Part shown: positions 20,078 to 29,956 of the stretch, piece by piece
Numbering within the stretch: position 1 is the stretch's first letter
How the letters are laid out: every line of letters begins with the position of its first letter
Assembly: GCA_965207885.1 (NCBI GenBank)
Contig: OZ242311.1
Location: 1,344,001-1,408,000 of the forward strand
DNA: 64,000 nucleotides
Direction: 5' to 3'
Origin: Candidatus Latescibacterota bacterium
GTDB taxonomy: Bacteria; Latescibacterota; UBA2968
Notes under the pieces: model-generated
The model's input: only the letters and a program-made list of their open reading frames with translations
What the model was told of the DNA's origin: nothing
Databases searched by the model: none
Made by a program: the position numbers and the translations under genes

Positions 20078-20800
20078 ATGTTTGGCGACATTCGAAATAA
20101 AAACGGTGAAAAATTGGATTATGCTTTTCATAGTGGAAATGCCGAAAGCAAACACATCGTAGTCTTAGGCCATGGCGTAACCGGCAACAAAGACAGGCCA
20201 TTTCTGGTCGCGCTGGCACATGCACTGGAAGCCGAAGGACTCAACGTCCTGCGTTTCTCTTTCGCAGGTAATGGAAACTCAGAAGGTCGGTTTGAGGACG
20301 CAACCATAACAAAAGAAGTAGAAGACCTGGGTTCAGTCCTGGATGCCCTAAATGGACATACAATTTGTTATGCCGGGCACAGTATGGGAGGTGCCGTAGG
20401 CGTATTGCGGGCGAGCACAGATACGCGCATTCAACATCTCATCTCGTTGGCAGGCATGGTAGATACAAAGGGATTTGCGCAGCGCGAATTTGGAGATGTC
20501 ACCCCCGACAAAGGCAACATGTGGGATGACCCGGATTGCCCGCTATCCAGCGCGTATATGGATGACCTGACAGCGATTGACACAGTAGTAGATCGCGCGT
20601 CTCAAATCTCGGTCCCGTGGTTGCTCGTACACGGCACAGAAGACGATGTAGTGCCCCTTGAAGACTCCCAGACAATATTCGAGCAAGCCAACGAACCAAA
20701 AGAACTGGTAGTACTACCCGGTGCAGATCACGTATTCAGCGATGACGCAACCCCCGCCATGATACAGGCCGTTATAAATTGGATTGCAAAACAGGAGTAA
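20078..20800 (+). CDS. Alpha/beta hydrolase
   Basis: HGVTG, GHSMGG (GxSxG), LVHGTEDDVVP, GADH; ATG at 20078 after GGAG. Confidence 0.88.
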   Translation: MFGDIRNKNGEKLDYAFHSGNAESKHIVVLGHGVTGNKDRPFLVALAHALEAEGLNVLRFSFAGNGNSEGRFEDATITKEVEDLGSVLDALNGHTICYAGHSMGGAVGVLRASTDTRIQHLISLAGMVDTKGFAQREFGDVTPDKGNMWDDPDCPLSSAYMDDLTAIDTVVDRASQISVPWLLVHGTEDDVVPLEDSQTIFEQANEPKELVVLPGADHVFSDDATPAMIQAVINWIAKQE

Positions 20801-20802
20801 TA

Positions 20803-21840
20803 ATGTCTTCTAAAACATACCGAGCCGCGGTAATCGGCCTGGGAATGATCGGCGGAGCAGATCAAGTCTCAGGAGATGTATTGGGTCAGCGCGTGGACAG
20901 TATGGACGGCACGCATACTTTTGCGTATCAAAACCATCCGCGTATCGATCTCGTGGCCGGATCAAGCCGCGACCAGGGGCGGCGCGAGCGCTATGAAGCG
21001 CGCACGGGTGCTGTAACTTATGAGAGTTGGCACACAATGATCGCCAACGAAACACTCGATATCGTCAGCATAGCGACCTACACCCCTACCCACGCGGAAA
21101 TTGCCATAGCCTGTGCCGAACGTGGAATTCCCGTCATCTACTGCGAAAAACCCGCGGCAACCACGGTGGTAGATGCCCAGCGCATGCTCGAAGCACAAAA
21201 ACACGGATTATTGGTCTTCAACCATCAGCGAAGATTTGATCCCAATTACCGCCGGCTCAGCGCGCTAATTGCCGAAGGAAAACTGGGCACACTTATTTCC
21301 GCTTCTCTCCAATGGCCGACGGGGCGATTGGGCAATGTGGGAACCCATGCGATTGATGCCCTCTTGATGCTCACCGGGCATCGCGTCCAATCAGTCTCTG
21401 CAACGCTTGATCTGGCTGGAAAGCCAGATTGTCGCGGCGATGAATTTCGCGATCCCGGAGGATGGGGCGTCATGCGTATGAACGATGGGCTAATGGTTAC
21501 AGTGAGCGCACCCGATTATTCCACCGCACCGCCGCGCACGGAAATTAACGGACATAAGGGACGGGCAATTATCGAGGCAAAAGGCATCACACTCGAATAC
21601 TGGACTGGTGAGACAGAACATTGGCCGCCCCATAAGGATAGTGTTTCAGGGATGGACCGCGCCGTATCGGAAATCGTCGCCTGCCTAGACGATCGCGTCC
21701 CATTTTCTTATAACCCGGAAGAAGCTGTCCATACACTCGAAGCCATTGTCGCTTTCCACGCTTCTCATAACAAAAACGCAGCCTATGTTGATCTACCCCT
21801 ATCGGGCAGTGACCGCGAGATAGTTGTGTTAAGTGGATAG
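20803..21840 (+). CDS. Gfo/Idh/MocA family oxidoreductase
   Basis: AVIGLGMIG Rossmann motif, CEKP, NHQRRF, GTHAID; ATG 20803 after AGGAG. Confidence 0.9.
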   Translation: MSSKTYRAAVIGLGMIGGADQVSGDVLGQRVDSMDGTHTFAYQNHPRIDLVAGSSRDQGRRERYEARTGAVTYESWHTMIANETLDIVSIATYTPTHAEIAIACAERGIPVIYCEKPAATTVVDAQRMLEAQKHGLLVFNHQRRFDPNYRRLSALIAEGKLGTLISASLQWPTGRLGNVGTHAIDALLMLTGHRVQSVSATLDLAGKPDCRGDEFRDPGGWGVMRMNDGLMVTVSAPDYSTAPPRTEINGHKGRAIIEAKGITLEYWTGETEHWPPHKDSVSGMDRAVSEIVACLDDRVPFSYNPEEAVHTLEAIVAFHASHNKNAAYVDLPLSGSDREIVVLSG

Positions 21841-21908
21841 AGATAGCTGTTGTATGAATTAATATGAATTAAATAGTAGGAGCACAGCAGGGATAAAACG
21901 GAGGTGCC

Positions 21909-22103
21909 ATGAAATTTACACGTATTACAACTGATCCCAACGTATTTGGCGGTAAGCCTTGTATTCGAGGGATGCGCTTTCCCGTGTCGCGTCTTTTGGG
22001 ACTTCTGGCATCTCACGAAACCGAAGAAACCATACTCAAGGCATATCCCTATTTAGAGGCAGAAGACATACACGAGGCATTGCAATATGCAGCTTTTAAA
22101 TGA
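21909..22103 (+). CDS. DUF433 family protein (putative antitoxin)
   Basis: RITTDPNVFGGKPCIRGMRFPV...EETILKAYPYLEAEDI.EALQYA; GGAGG RBS. Confidence 0.9.
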   Translation: MKFTRITTDPNVFGGKPCIRGMRFPVSRLLGLLASHETEETILKAYPYLEAEDIHEALQYAAFK

Positions 22104-22116
22104 ATGAAAGGAATAT

Positions 22117-23298
22117 ATGCCAATCATTGGAACACCGCTTTCACCCACCGCAACCAAGGTACTCATGTGTGGCTCTGGCGAATTGGGAAAAGAAGTTGTC
22201 ATTGAACTCCAGCGCTATGGCGTTGAAGTAATCGCCGTAGATCGCTACGCCAATGCGCCCGCGATGCAAGTAGCACACCGGTCGCACGTCATTACCATGC
22301 TGGATGGAGCTGCCCTGCGCGAAGTCATAGAAAAAGAACAGCCCGACTTAATCGTGCCCGAAATTGAAGCAATCGCCACAGACACACTCGTCGAATTGGA
22401 AAAAGAAAGATTCACAGTAATCCCAACAGCCAGAGCGGCCCGACTGACAATGAATCGCGAGGGCATTCGCAGATTAGCTGCCGAAGAACTGGGCCTAAAG
22501 ACCTCGCCTTACCGGTTTGCGTCGAATTTGGAAGAATACCGCGCAGCAGTTCGGGAAATCGGCGTACCGTGCGTCATAAAGCCAACCATGAGTTCATCGG
22601 GCAAAGGGCAAAGCACCGTAAAAAATATGGCAGACGCCGAAAAATCGTGGACCTATGCACAGGAAGGAGCGCGCGGAGGTGCAGATGCGGTCATCGTGGA
22701 AGGCTTTGTGGATTTTGATTATGAAATTACGCTATTGACCCTGCGCCACGAAGGAGGCACGAGTTTTTGCGCGCCAATAGGGCATCGACAGGTAGATGGC
22801 GACTATCACGAATCGTGGCAACCACAGCCAATGAGCGAGGCCGCACTTGCAGAATCACAACGGATGGGCAAAGCAATCACCGACGCGCTGGGCGGCCGCG
22901 GCATATTTGGCGTGGAATTATTCGTAAAAGGCGACGACATCTACTTCAGCGAAGTATCACCCCGACCACACGACACGGGCATGGTAACCATGATATCACA
23001 AGACCTGTCTGAATTTGCCCTGCATGCGCGGGCAATCCTGGGATTGCCAGTGCCAAACATCAAACACCACGGTCCCTCTGCCTCGCATGTAATCCTGGTA
23101 GAAGGACATTCGCAACAGGTGCAATTCGGCAACCTGAGCGCAGCACTCACCAAACCCGATACAGAAATCCGCTTATTTGGCAAACCCGAAGTACAGGGAG
23201 AACGGCGAATGGGAGTCGTCCTTGCAAGAGGCGCGTCATTGGAAGAAGCGCGCGAAAAGGCAAAAGCGGGAGCAAAGGCGGTCAGTATCGCACTTTGA
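22117..23298 (+). CDS. purT: Formate-dependent phosphoribosylglycinamide formyltransferase
   Basis: IGTPL...ATKV...[56 protein letters not shown]. Confidence 0.97.
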   Translation: MPIIGTPLSPTATKVLMCGSGELGKEVVIELQRYGVEVIAVDRYANAPAMQVAHRSHVITMLDGAALREVIEKEQPDLIVPEIEAIATDTLVELEKERFTVIPTARAARLTMNREGIRRLAAEELGLKTSPYRFASNLEEYRAAVREIGVPCVIKPTMSSSGKGQSTVKNMADAEKSWTYAQEGARGGADAVIVEGFVDFDYEITLLTLRHEGGTSFCAPIGHRQVDGDYHESWQPQPMSEAALAESQRMGKAITDALGGRGIFGVELFVKGDDIYFSEVSPRPHDTGMVTMISQDLSEFALHARAILGLPVPNIKHHGPSASHVILVEGHSQQVQFGNLSAALTKPDTEIRLFGKPEVQGERRMGVVLARGASLEEAREKAKAGAKAVSIAL

Positions 23299-23319
23299 GA
23301 AAATCTCTTATGATGTATT

Positions 23320-24517
23320 CATAGTACACGACAAAAAATAAAAGACCTGTGAAAAAAGCTAAAAAGAGTTAGGTTTGAATGTCCCAAGACAAACCTTTCT
23401 CATCTTAACAAGGCACAGGTCTATGTCTCCTGAAACTATTGAACTTCAAACGATTATGCAAGGATATTTTCACTGGCATAAAGCCCGAATAACGTTTACC
23501 GCTGCGTTCATATTGTCGCTGATAAAATTGCGTAGCGTCAATTTTATGAAACTGGCAAACGCACTCAATGGAACCGTCAAGCAGAAATCTAATTATCGTC
23601 GTATCCAACGCTTCTTTGCCCACTTTGCCTTACCCTATGCGTGTGTGAGACAATTGATCTTGCACTTATTACCTATAAAGTCGGATTTTATAGTCTCAAT
23701 AGATCGCACCAATTGGAAGTTGGGAAAATTCAATATCAACATCCTAACCGCAGGCATTATCTATGAAGGGGTCGCCTTTCCTATCTGTTGGCACTTGTTA
23801 AAAAAACGGGGCAATTCCAATAGTGATGAGCGTATCCATTTGATGCAAGAAATGCTCAACTGCATCTGCAAATCGCATATCCGCGTTGTCGTCGCAGACA
23901 GAGAATTTATTGGAAGAGAATGGTTTAGGTGGTTAGACACACAAAATATACCCTTTGTTATTCGCATCAAGGAAAACGCTCTTGTCTCATCAGGCGGTAG
24001 AGAGATCCCCATAAGAAAACGGTTTGAAAATCTTAATATCCATCAGCAGGTCAACTTGTGCAAACGCCACCGCGTTTATGACCTGCCTGTATATCTGTCT
24101 GCACTAAGATTGAAGGACCAATACCTCATTCTTGCCAGCAACCAAAAAGGTCAAGCCGCATTGGATACCTATAAAAAACGATGGGGCATTGAAGTCCTTT
24201 TTGCCAATCTTAAAAGTCGAGGATTTAATCTGGAAGAGACCCATCTTATACATCAAGACCGCATTGAGAAACTCATCGCGCTTTTGGCCATTGCCTGCAT
24301 CTGGGCGCATATCATCGGCGAATGGATAGCAAAAACAAATCCTTTGACGATCAAAAATCACGGGCGGATGGAGAAAAGTCTCTTCCGATATGGGTTGGAC
24401 TATTTGCAGTATGTCCTGCTCAATATAAACCAACAAACCCAACAGTTCCTCATATGCATTCGTTTACTGAGTAATCCGCCACTGTTTAAAACAATTTAAG
24501 TTTTGTCGTGTACCATG
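23320..24517 (+). mobile_element. Complete IS4-family insertion sequence (ISAba1/IS10-group-like), 1198 bp
   Basis: IRL CATAGTACACGACAAAA (23320-23336) and IRR TTTTGTCGTGTACCATG (24501-24517), 16/17 match; 8-bp direct repeat GATGTATT at 23312-23319 and 24518-24525. Confidence 0.92.
23423..24499 (+). CDS. IS4 family DDE transposase
   Basis: YRRIQRFF, IDRTNWK, KRGNS, ADREFIG, Y..RWGIE..F..LK.RGFNLE, S.FRYGLD; likely ATG 23423. Confidence 0.93.
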   Translation: MSPETIELQTIMQGYFHWHKARITFTAAFILSLIKLRSVNFMKLANALNGTVKQKSNYRRIQRFFAHFALPYACVRQLILHLLPIKSDFIVSIDRTNWKLGKFNINILTAGIIYEGVAFPICWHLLKKRGNSNSDERIHLMQEMLNCICKSHIRVVVADREFIGREWFRWLDTQNIPFVIRIKENALVSSGGREIPIRKRFENLNIHQQVNLCKRHRVYDLPVYLSALRLKDQYLILASNQKGQAALDTYKKRWGIEVLFANLKSRGFNLEETHLIHQDRIEKLIALLAIACIWAHIIGEWIAKTNPLTIKNHGRMEKSLFRYGLDYLQYVLLNINQQTQQFLICIRLLSNPPLFKTI

Positions 24518-24527
24518 GATGTATTAT

Positions 24528-24559
24528 AAAACTGCCGTGCTTATTGCGCGGCAGTTTTT
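24528..24559. terminator. Bidirectional terminator between convergent genes
   Basis: AAAACTGCCG(TGC)TTATT(GCG)CGGCAGTTTTT; A-run and T-run on either side. Confidence 0.75.
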
Positions 24560-24561
24560 GT

Positions 24562-25767
24562 TTAAGATAGAATCAGTTGCGCAACAGCATCCTCATTAAG
24601 CGCAATACCCAAACCGGGTCCTTCACTCAGCGTAATATGCCCATTTTCAAGCGACAAAGGTTCTGTAAGAAGCTCGTTGCCAAAAGGCCCGCGCGCAAAA
24701 CCACTGGGACATTCAGAGATAAAGCAATTGGGAGTCGCCGCGCCGACATGCAGACCCGCCATGAGATGAACAGGAGTACTCGTACTCACATGAGACGCCC
24801 ATGAGACGCCAAAAACATCGGCTAATTGTGCGATACGCAACGTCTCAGAAATGCCCCCAGCCCGACAAACATCGGGAAGAATGAGATCGCATTCCTCGTT
24901 CAGCAACCGGTCTCGCACAACATAGCGGTTGCAGTCCGTCTCCCCAACAGCGATTCGAACAGAAGTCGATTGGGTCAGCTGCCGATACCCCTGATGGTCT
25001 TCGGGAAGCAGAGCATCTTCAAACCATTCTACATTGCCGAGATCTTCGAGCAATCGGACAAAGCGAAGAGCATCTTTAATATCGAATCCGCCGTGCGCAT
25101 CAACAAGCAACTTGCCGCGATCTCCCACAGCGCGGGACATCTCGCTGACAACGTGCATTTGTTCGTCTATCGTCCCTCGTCCACAGGACGTTTTCACCAC
25201 AGAAAAGCCTTCATCCAGAACCCTTTCAATCCCCTCGCAACGAGATTCAATAGTCTGACCCGGCGTCCCCGATGAATACACGGGAATTTGCAAGCGATAA
25301 GCACCGCCGAGCAACCGCCAGATCGGTTCATTGTAGTACTTCCCGCGTATATCCCAAAGCGCGATATCGATCCCCGCAATCGCCTCCAGCGTAAACCCCT
25401 GCGTATGAGAGCGCAGGCGCATCGTCGAAAACATGCGCTCCCACAAAACGTCGATTGAGCGCGGATCCTCCCCGATGAGCACAGGACACAACAGATCTTC
25501 AACAATCGTTTTGACAACGCGGGGCGCAGCCGGAGCGTGGGCTTCGCCAATACCCTCAATACCGTTATCTGTACGCACGCGAATAAGCGCTGTTGATCGC
25601 CCCGAAGGATAGACACAGAGATGTCGCGTATCGGCTCTGCCGGGAAAGATCTGTGTGGATTGGGGCGCGACTTGCGGAAATTTTAATCCTGCGGTATCTT
25701 CATATTGCGTCGCACCCTGCTGGCGAGCGGTGGAGAGAATATCGCAGGTAATAGCGGTAATTTTCAT
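24562..25767 (-). CDS. Mandelate racemase/muconate lactonizing enzyme family (enolase superfamily)
   Basis: VRTDNGIEGIGE, AIAGIDIALWDIRGK....PIWRLLGG, LLVDAH, WFED, GE, PD....GG, GPGLGI. Confidence 0.9.
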   Translation of the reverse strand: MKITAITCDILSTARQQGATQYEDTAGLKFPQVAPQSTQIFPGRADTRHLCVYPSGRSTALIRVRTDNGIEGIGEAHAPAAPRVVKTIVEDLLCPVLIGEDPRSIDVLWERMFSTMRLRSHTQGFTLEAIAGIDIALWDIRGKYYNEPIWRLLGGAYRLQIPVYSSGTPGQTIESRCEGIERVLDEGFSVVKTSCGRGTIDEQMHVVSEMSRAVGDRGKLLVDAHGGFDIKDALRFVRLLEDLGNVEWFEDALLPEDHQGYRQLTQSTSVRIAVGETDCNRYVVRDRLLNEECDLILPDVCRAGGISETLRIAQLADVFGVSWASHVSTSTPVHLMAGLHVGAATPNCFISECPSGFARGPFGNELLTEPLSLENGHITLSEGPGLGIALNEDAVAQLILS

Positions 25768-25825
25768 TTGCGGCTCCTGGGGTGTGTTATCGTGGAATAT
25801 GTCGAAAAATAAAAATAGGACGGAA

Positions 25826-25842
25826 ATTTGCTATTAGCAAAT
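25826..25842. promoter_or_regulatory. Palindromic operator candidate in divergent promoter region
   Basis: ATTTGCTA-T-TAGCAAAT, perfect 8-bp inverted repeat between divergent starts at 25767 and 25875. Confidence 0.4.
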
Positions 25843-25874
25843 CTCTGTCAAAAAAATATTAACAGGAGGTAGCC

Positions 25875-27236
25875 GTGGCCGAACAATCACATTTATTAAA
25901 CGACGAGGCGATATTGCATTTCATAGCGCGTGGATATTGCGTCGTCAAAACCAGTGTTGCGCCGCATATCCACGCACAAATACTGACAGACGCAAAAAAA
26001 GCTCTGGCAGAGGGAAACCCGGGCAATGACATATTACACGCCGCACCGGGATTGCGCGAAATTTTTGACGACGAAGCAATGATCGGTGCGCTATCGAGTA
26101 TCCTCGGCGAATCGTATGTCATGCACTGCCACAGACATTGCCATCGCAATACCGCGGGTACAGAAGGCCGAAATTTTCACCAGGACGGATCAACGCGCCG
26201 ATTCGCCGGCTGGAGCCGACCCTGGCGACGTCACCATCGCCCCCGAACTGTAATGGCAATTTGTTATCCGCACCAGACGCCGATTGAAATGGGCCCCACT
26301 GGCGTGATACCCGGAACGCAATATTACAGTGCCAAACCCAAAAATGAGTTCGATTACGAATTCCCATTTGCGGTTGTCGATCCCGGCGATGTATTGCTCG
26401 TACATTTTGATTTGTTCCATCGCGTATCCAGCAACACAAGCAATCGTGATCGGTACATGATGAAATTTTTGTTCAAGCGCACAGAAGAGCCAACAGCACC
26501 GAATTGGCATGCCGCATCGGATTTCGATCCCGATTTCGACACCCTTGCCCACCGGATAAAACCCGACCATCCATCCGACGTCTTATTGCGCCATCCCCTC
26601 GTATGGGAATTTATGTGGCGCTGGATGCGCGGTGAACCCCTGCCCGAGTGGGGTGATGACGCACCCGTCTCCGTGGATGACATGATGCACAACCTGAACA
26701 GCGATGATCCAGGTATTGTGCTAAATGCGACATACGCACTGGGGAGATTGGGCAAACGCGCAGTACCCGCATTGATGGACGTATTGCTGGGACCAGATGA
26801 AGCACTTCGAGAGCAAGTACCCGCGGCACTATCAGCAGCAGGTGGCCACGCGGTAGATCCACTCGTCCAGGCATTGACACATTCGGATGACTGGGTGCGC
26901 GCAACGGCTGCGGATACCCTGGGCGACATTGGCTTACCAGCCCTCGACGCGCTACCCGCTATTCGCAACGCACTTTCAGACCGGGACGACTGGGTGCGCC
27001 ACAATGCCACGCGCGCATTGACCATCTGGAGCAAAGCTGCTGAAATCGCCCGCGATGACTTGCTCACAGCACTAAAAGACGCCGAGCCTTTTGTCGGCTT
27101 CAACGCGCTAACAGCTCTGGAACACATGGACAGCGTTGACGATATACAGGTACTGCCATTGTTAAAAACAATGCAAAACCACAAACACAGCCGACTGCGC
27201 TACCAGGTAAACGAAATGCTACAACGCGTAGCCTGA
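25875..27236 (+). CDS. PhyH-family dioxygenase fused to HEAT repeats
   Basis: FHQDG, MGPTGVIPGTQY, GDVLLVHFDLFHR...N...R; C-terminal repeats (LTHSDDWVRATAADTLGDIG, LSDRDDWVRHNA..AL). Confidence 0.85.
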   Translation: MAEQSHLLNDEAILHFIARGYCVVKTSVAPHIHAQILTDAKKALAEGNPGNDILHAAPGLREIFDDEAMIGALSSILGESYVMHCHRHCHRNTAGTEGRNFHQDGSTRRFAGWSRPWRRHHRPRTVMAICYPHQTPIEMGPTGVIPGTQYYSAKPKNEFDYEFPFAVVDPGDVLLVHFDLFHRVSSNTSNRDRYMMKFLFKRTEEPTAPNWHAASDFDPDFDTLAHRIKPDHPSDVLLRHPLVWEFMWRWMRGEPLPEWGDDAPVSVDDMMHNLNSDDPGIVLNATYALGRLGKRAVPALMDVLLGPDEALREQVPAALSAAGGHAVDPLVQALTHSDDWVRATAADTLGDIGLPALDALPAIRNALSDRDDWVRHNATRALTIWSKAAEIARDDLLTALKDAEPFVGFNALTALEHMDSVDDIQVLPLLKTMQNHKHSRLRYQVNEMLQRVA

Positions 27237-27255
27237 CCGAACGTTAAGGAATACA

Positions 27256-28083
27256 ATGCCTTCCAAACGCGAACAGCTAATTCAAGATGGATTCTGTGTA
27301 TTTGAAAATGTGCTCACCCCCGAAATGGTTGAGCGGACAAACGCGGTGTCCAATCGCCTGTTAGACGCGCAAGACGCCGAGTACTTTGAAGCACAGAAAT
27401 CAACGGGAAGTTTGATCAGTATTTACAATGATGATTTTTTTGCCGAATTGGTCACATGGCCAAAGGCACTAAATGCTTTGCGAGAAATGGGCTTTGATCA
27501 CCCTACCTTTTCATCAGGCTATATAATCAGCAAACCCCCGCATAGCCCATCCCTGTTCTGGCATCAGGACTGGTGGGGATGGAATGATCCCATCAGCTAC
27601 GAACCCCTGCCACAGCAGGTATTTTTGATGTATTATCTCGTAGATACCTCGCGTGAAAATGGATGTTTAAGGTTAATCGAAGGTTCGCATTTGAACCGAC
27701 ATCCCCTGCACGACATAACTCCCGAGGCACACACCGAAGATTTGCGGCGCGTATCCGATCCGGACCATCCGGCCTATCAGTCGTATCCCGACGAGCGGGA
27801 TGTTCCCGTGCGTGCTGGCGATCTGGTCATCGGCGATTCGCGGTTATTGCACAGCGCACACGCCAATAAAACGGATCAGCGGCGGACAGTCATCACACTT
27901 TGGTACCACCCGATATACAACGAACTGCCCGACGGCATGCGCGCCCGCCTGGCGAACCGGCACCCCATACCAGATCACTGGTCTGAAGACGCCGCCCGCA
28001 AAATCGCGCCCCTAATGCCCGTTTACGAAGGCAATAGCGAAGAACTCGAATGGAATCGTGTCCCAGGCCCGGCGTTGGTGTGA
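27256..28083 (+). CDS. PhyH-family Fe(II)/2OG dioxygenase
   Basis: FWHQD, ENGCLRLIEGSH, AGDLVIGDSRLLHSAHAN...RR. Confidence 0.88.
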   Translation: MPSKREQLIQDGFCVFENVLTPEMVERTNAVSNRLLDAQDAEYFEAQKSTGSLISIYNDDFFAELVTWPKALNALREMGFDHPTFSSGYIISKPPHSPSLFWHQDWWGWNDPISYEPLPQQVFLMYYLVDTSRENGCLRLIEGSHLNRHPLHDITPEAHTEDLRRVSDPDHPAYQSYPDERDVPVRAGDLVIGDSRLLHSAHANKTDQRRTVITLWYHPIYNELPDGMRARLANRHPIPDHWSEDAARKIAPLMPVYEGNSEELEWNRVPGPALV

Positions 28084-28113
28084 TGAGCTAAAACCACTAT
28101 AAAAGACAAAAAC

Positions 28114-29166
28114 ATGAAAATCGCCGCTCTCATCTCCGGTGGTGTCGATAGTTCGGTGGCTTTGAACATATTAAAAAACGAAGGCCACGATCTGACGGCA
28201 TTTTACTTAAAAGTATGGCTCGAAGACGAACTCGCTTTCTTAGGGGAGTGTCCCTGGGAAGCCGACCTGAAATTTGTCCGTGCCGTATGTGATCAACTCC
28301 ATGTACCACTGGAGGTAATCTCCTTACAGTCGGAATACCTCGAGCGCGTGGTATCTTATGCACTCGACGAATTGCACGCTGGACGCACACCCAGCCCAGA
28401 TATATTTTGCAACCAGCGGATCAAATTCGGCGCATTCTTTGACCACATAGACAGCAGCTATGAAAAAGTGGCAACCGGACACTACGCCCAAATCGCACAG
28501 AGCAACGGAACTTATCATCTAAAACGCGCACCCGACCCCATCAAAGATCAGACCTATTTCTTATCTGGCATGTATCAATCACAGGTCGCGCGGGCATTAT
28601 TTCCCATCGGAAACATGATGAAAAGCGAAGTGCGCCAACTCGCGCGAGATTTTAACCTGCCAAATCAAGCGCGAAAAGACAGCCAGGGAATATGTTTCCT
28701 GGGCAAAATCAGATATCCAGACTTTATCGCATTTCATCTGGGCGAAAAAAAAGGCGATATTATCAACAGAGAAACCGGACAAATCCTGGGACCTCATCGA
28801 GGCTACTATTATTACACAATTGGACAGCGGTATGGCTTGGGATTGAGCGGAGGACCCTGGTACGTCGTGCAAAAAGATATTGAGCGCAACATCATCTATG
28901 TATCCCACGCCACGAAGCACAAGAACACATCGCGGAACCAATTTGTCGCCACAAAACCCAATTGGATAGCAGAACCACCTGACAAAACCGCCCTGCAATT
29001 GAAACTGCGTCACGGCCCAGAATTGATCAACTGTGAAATCGAAGCAATGAATAACAACCGCTTATCCGTAACCATAGCAGAAAAAGATTCCGGCATTGCA
29101 CCCGGACAATTCGCTGTATTTTACGATGGCGACCTCTGTCTCGGCAGCGCGGTAATTGACCACTGA
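28114..29166 (+). CDS. mnmA: tRNA 2-thiouridine(34) synthase
   Basis: SGGVDSSVA, GRTPSPDIFCN..IKF, ATGHYA, KDQTYFL, DSQGICF, YTIGQR, PGQFAVFY. Confidence 0.96.
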   Translation: MKIAALISGGVDSSVALNILKNEGHDLTAFYLKVWLEDELAFLGECPWEADLKFVRAVCDQLHVPLEVISLQSEYLERVVSYALDELHAGRTPSPDIFCNQRIKFGAFFDHIDSSYEKVATGHYAQIAQSNGTYHLKRAPDPIKDQTYFLSGMYQSQVARALFPIGNMMKSEVRQLARDFNLPNQARKDSQGICFLGKIRYPDFIAFHLGEKKGDIINRETGQILGPHRGYYYYTIGQRYGLGLSGGPWYVVQKDIERNIIYVSHATKHKNTSRNQFVATKPNWIAEPPDKTALQLKLRHGPELINCEIEAMNNNRLSVTIAEKDSGIAPGQFAVFYDGDLCLGSAVIDH

Positions 29167-29180
29167 AACGGGAGAGCACA

Positions 29181-29930
29181 ATGAGCATTGAACAGGCGCG
29201 TGCTGCCGTTGAATCCGGCGATGTACATACCCTGAAAAAACTGATAGCAAAAGATCCGCAACTGGTCAATAAAACCACATCGGACAATCCCCGCACACTT
29301 CTGCACACACTCTGCGACTATCCCGCGCACAGACCCAGAGGCCGCGAATCCGCAGAAATTTTGATACGTTCAGGCGCAAATGTAAATGCGCGGGCAAAAT
29401 TCGAGGGAAAAACCGACCCTGGCGAAACACCCCTGCATTGGGCAGCCAGCAGCGACGATGCGGAAATGATTGAAATACTTCTCGACAGCGGTGCAGAAAT
29501 CGACATCGATGGCGGGAATATTGCAAACGGCACACCGCTCTGGGAAGCCGTGATATTCGGCATGCAAAACGCAGCGATAAAACTAATCCAGCGCGGGGCA
29601 ACCTGCAACCTGATGATCGCTGCTGGCGCGGGGCAACTCGATCTCGTTGAGAAATTTTTCGATAAGGAAGGCAATATAACCGATACGGCGGGCGTCCTGC
29701 CCGGATGGTCGGAACCACGATCTGCGCGAGATTGTATCGACAGTGCCTTCGGAATGGCCTGCCGCAATGGGCACCTCGAAACCGCCAGATGGTTGCTGGA
29801 GAAAAAACCGGATATCAACCGCAAAAATCCCGTTGGCGAAACGCCTCTGGATCAAGCTGTGGACAGAAAACACACCGAAGTTGCGAACTGGTTGATGACA
29901 ATTGGCGCGAAACGATCCACGAACTTATAA
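29181..29930 (+). CDS. Ankyrin repeat protein
   Basis: GETPLHWAA, GTPLWEA, GETPLDQA and GANVNA repeats. Confidence 0.9.
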   Translation: MSIEQARAAVESGDVHTLKKLIAKDPQLVNKTTSDNPRTLLHTLCDYPAHRPRGRESAEILIRSGANVNARAKFEGKTDPGETPLHWAASSDDAEMIEILLDSGAEIDIDGGNIANGTPLWEAVIFGMQNAAIKLIQRGATCNLMIAAGAGQLDLVEKFFDKEGNITDTAGVLPGWSEPRSARDCIDSAFGMACRNGHLETARWLLEKKPDINRKNPVGETPLDQAVDRKHTEVANWLMTIGAKRSTNL

Positions 29931-29956
29931 TGCCATCGCATTGAAGGAAACCTAAC

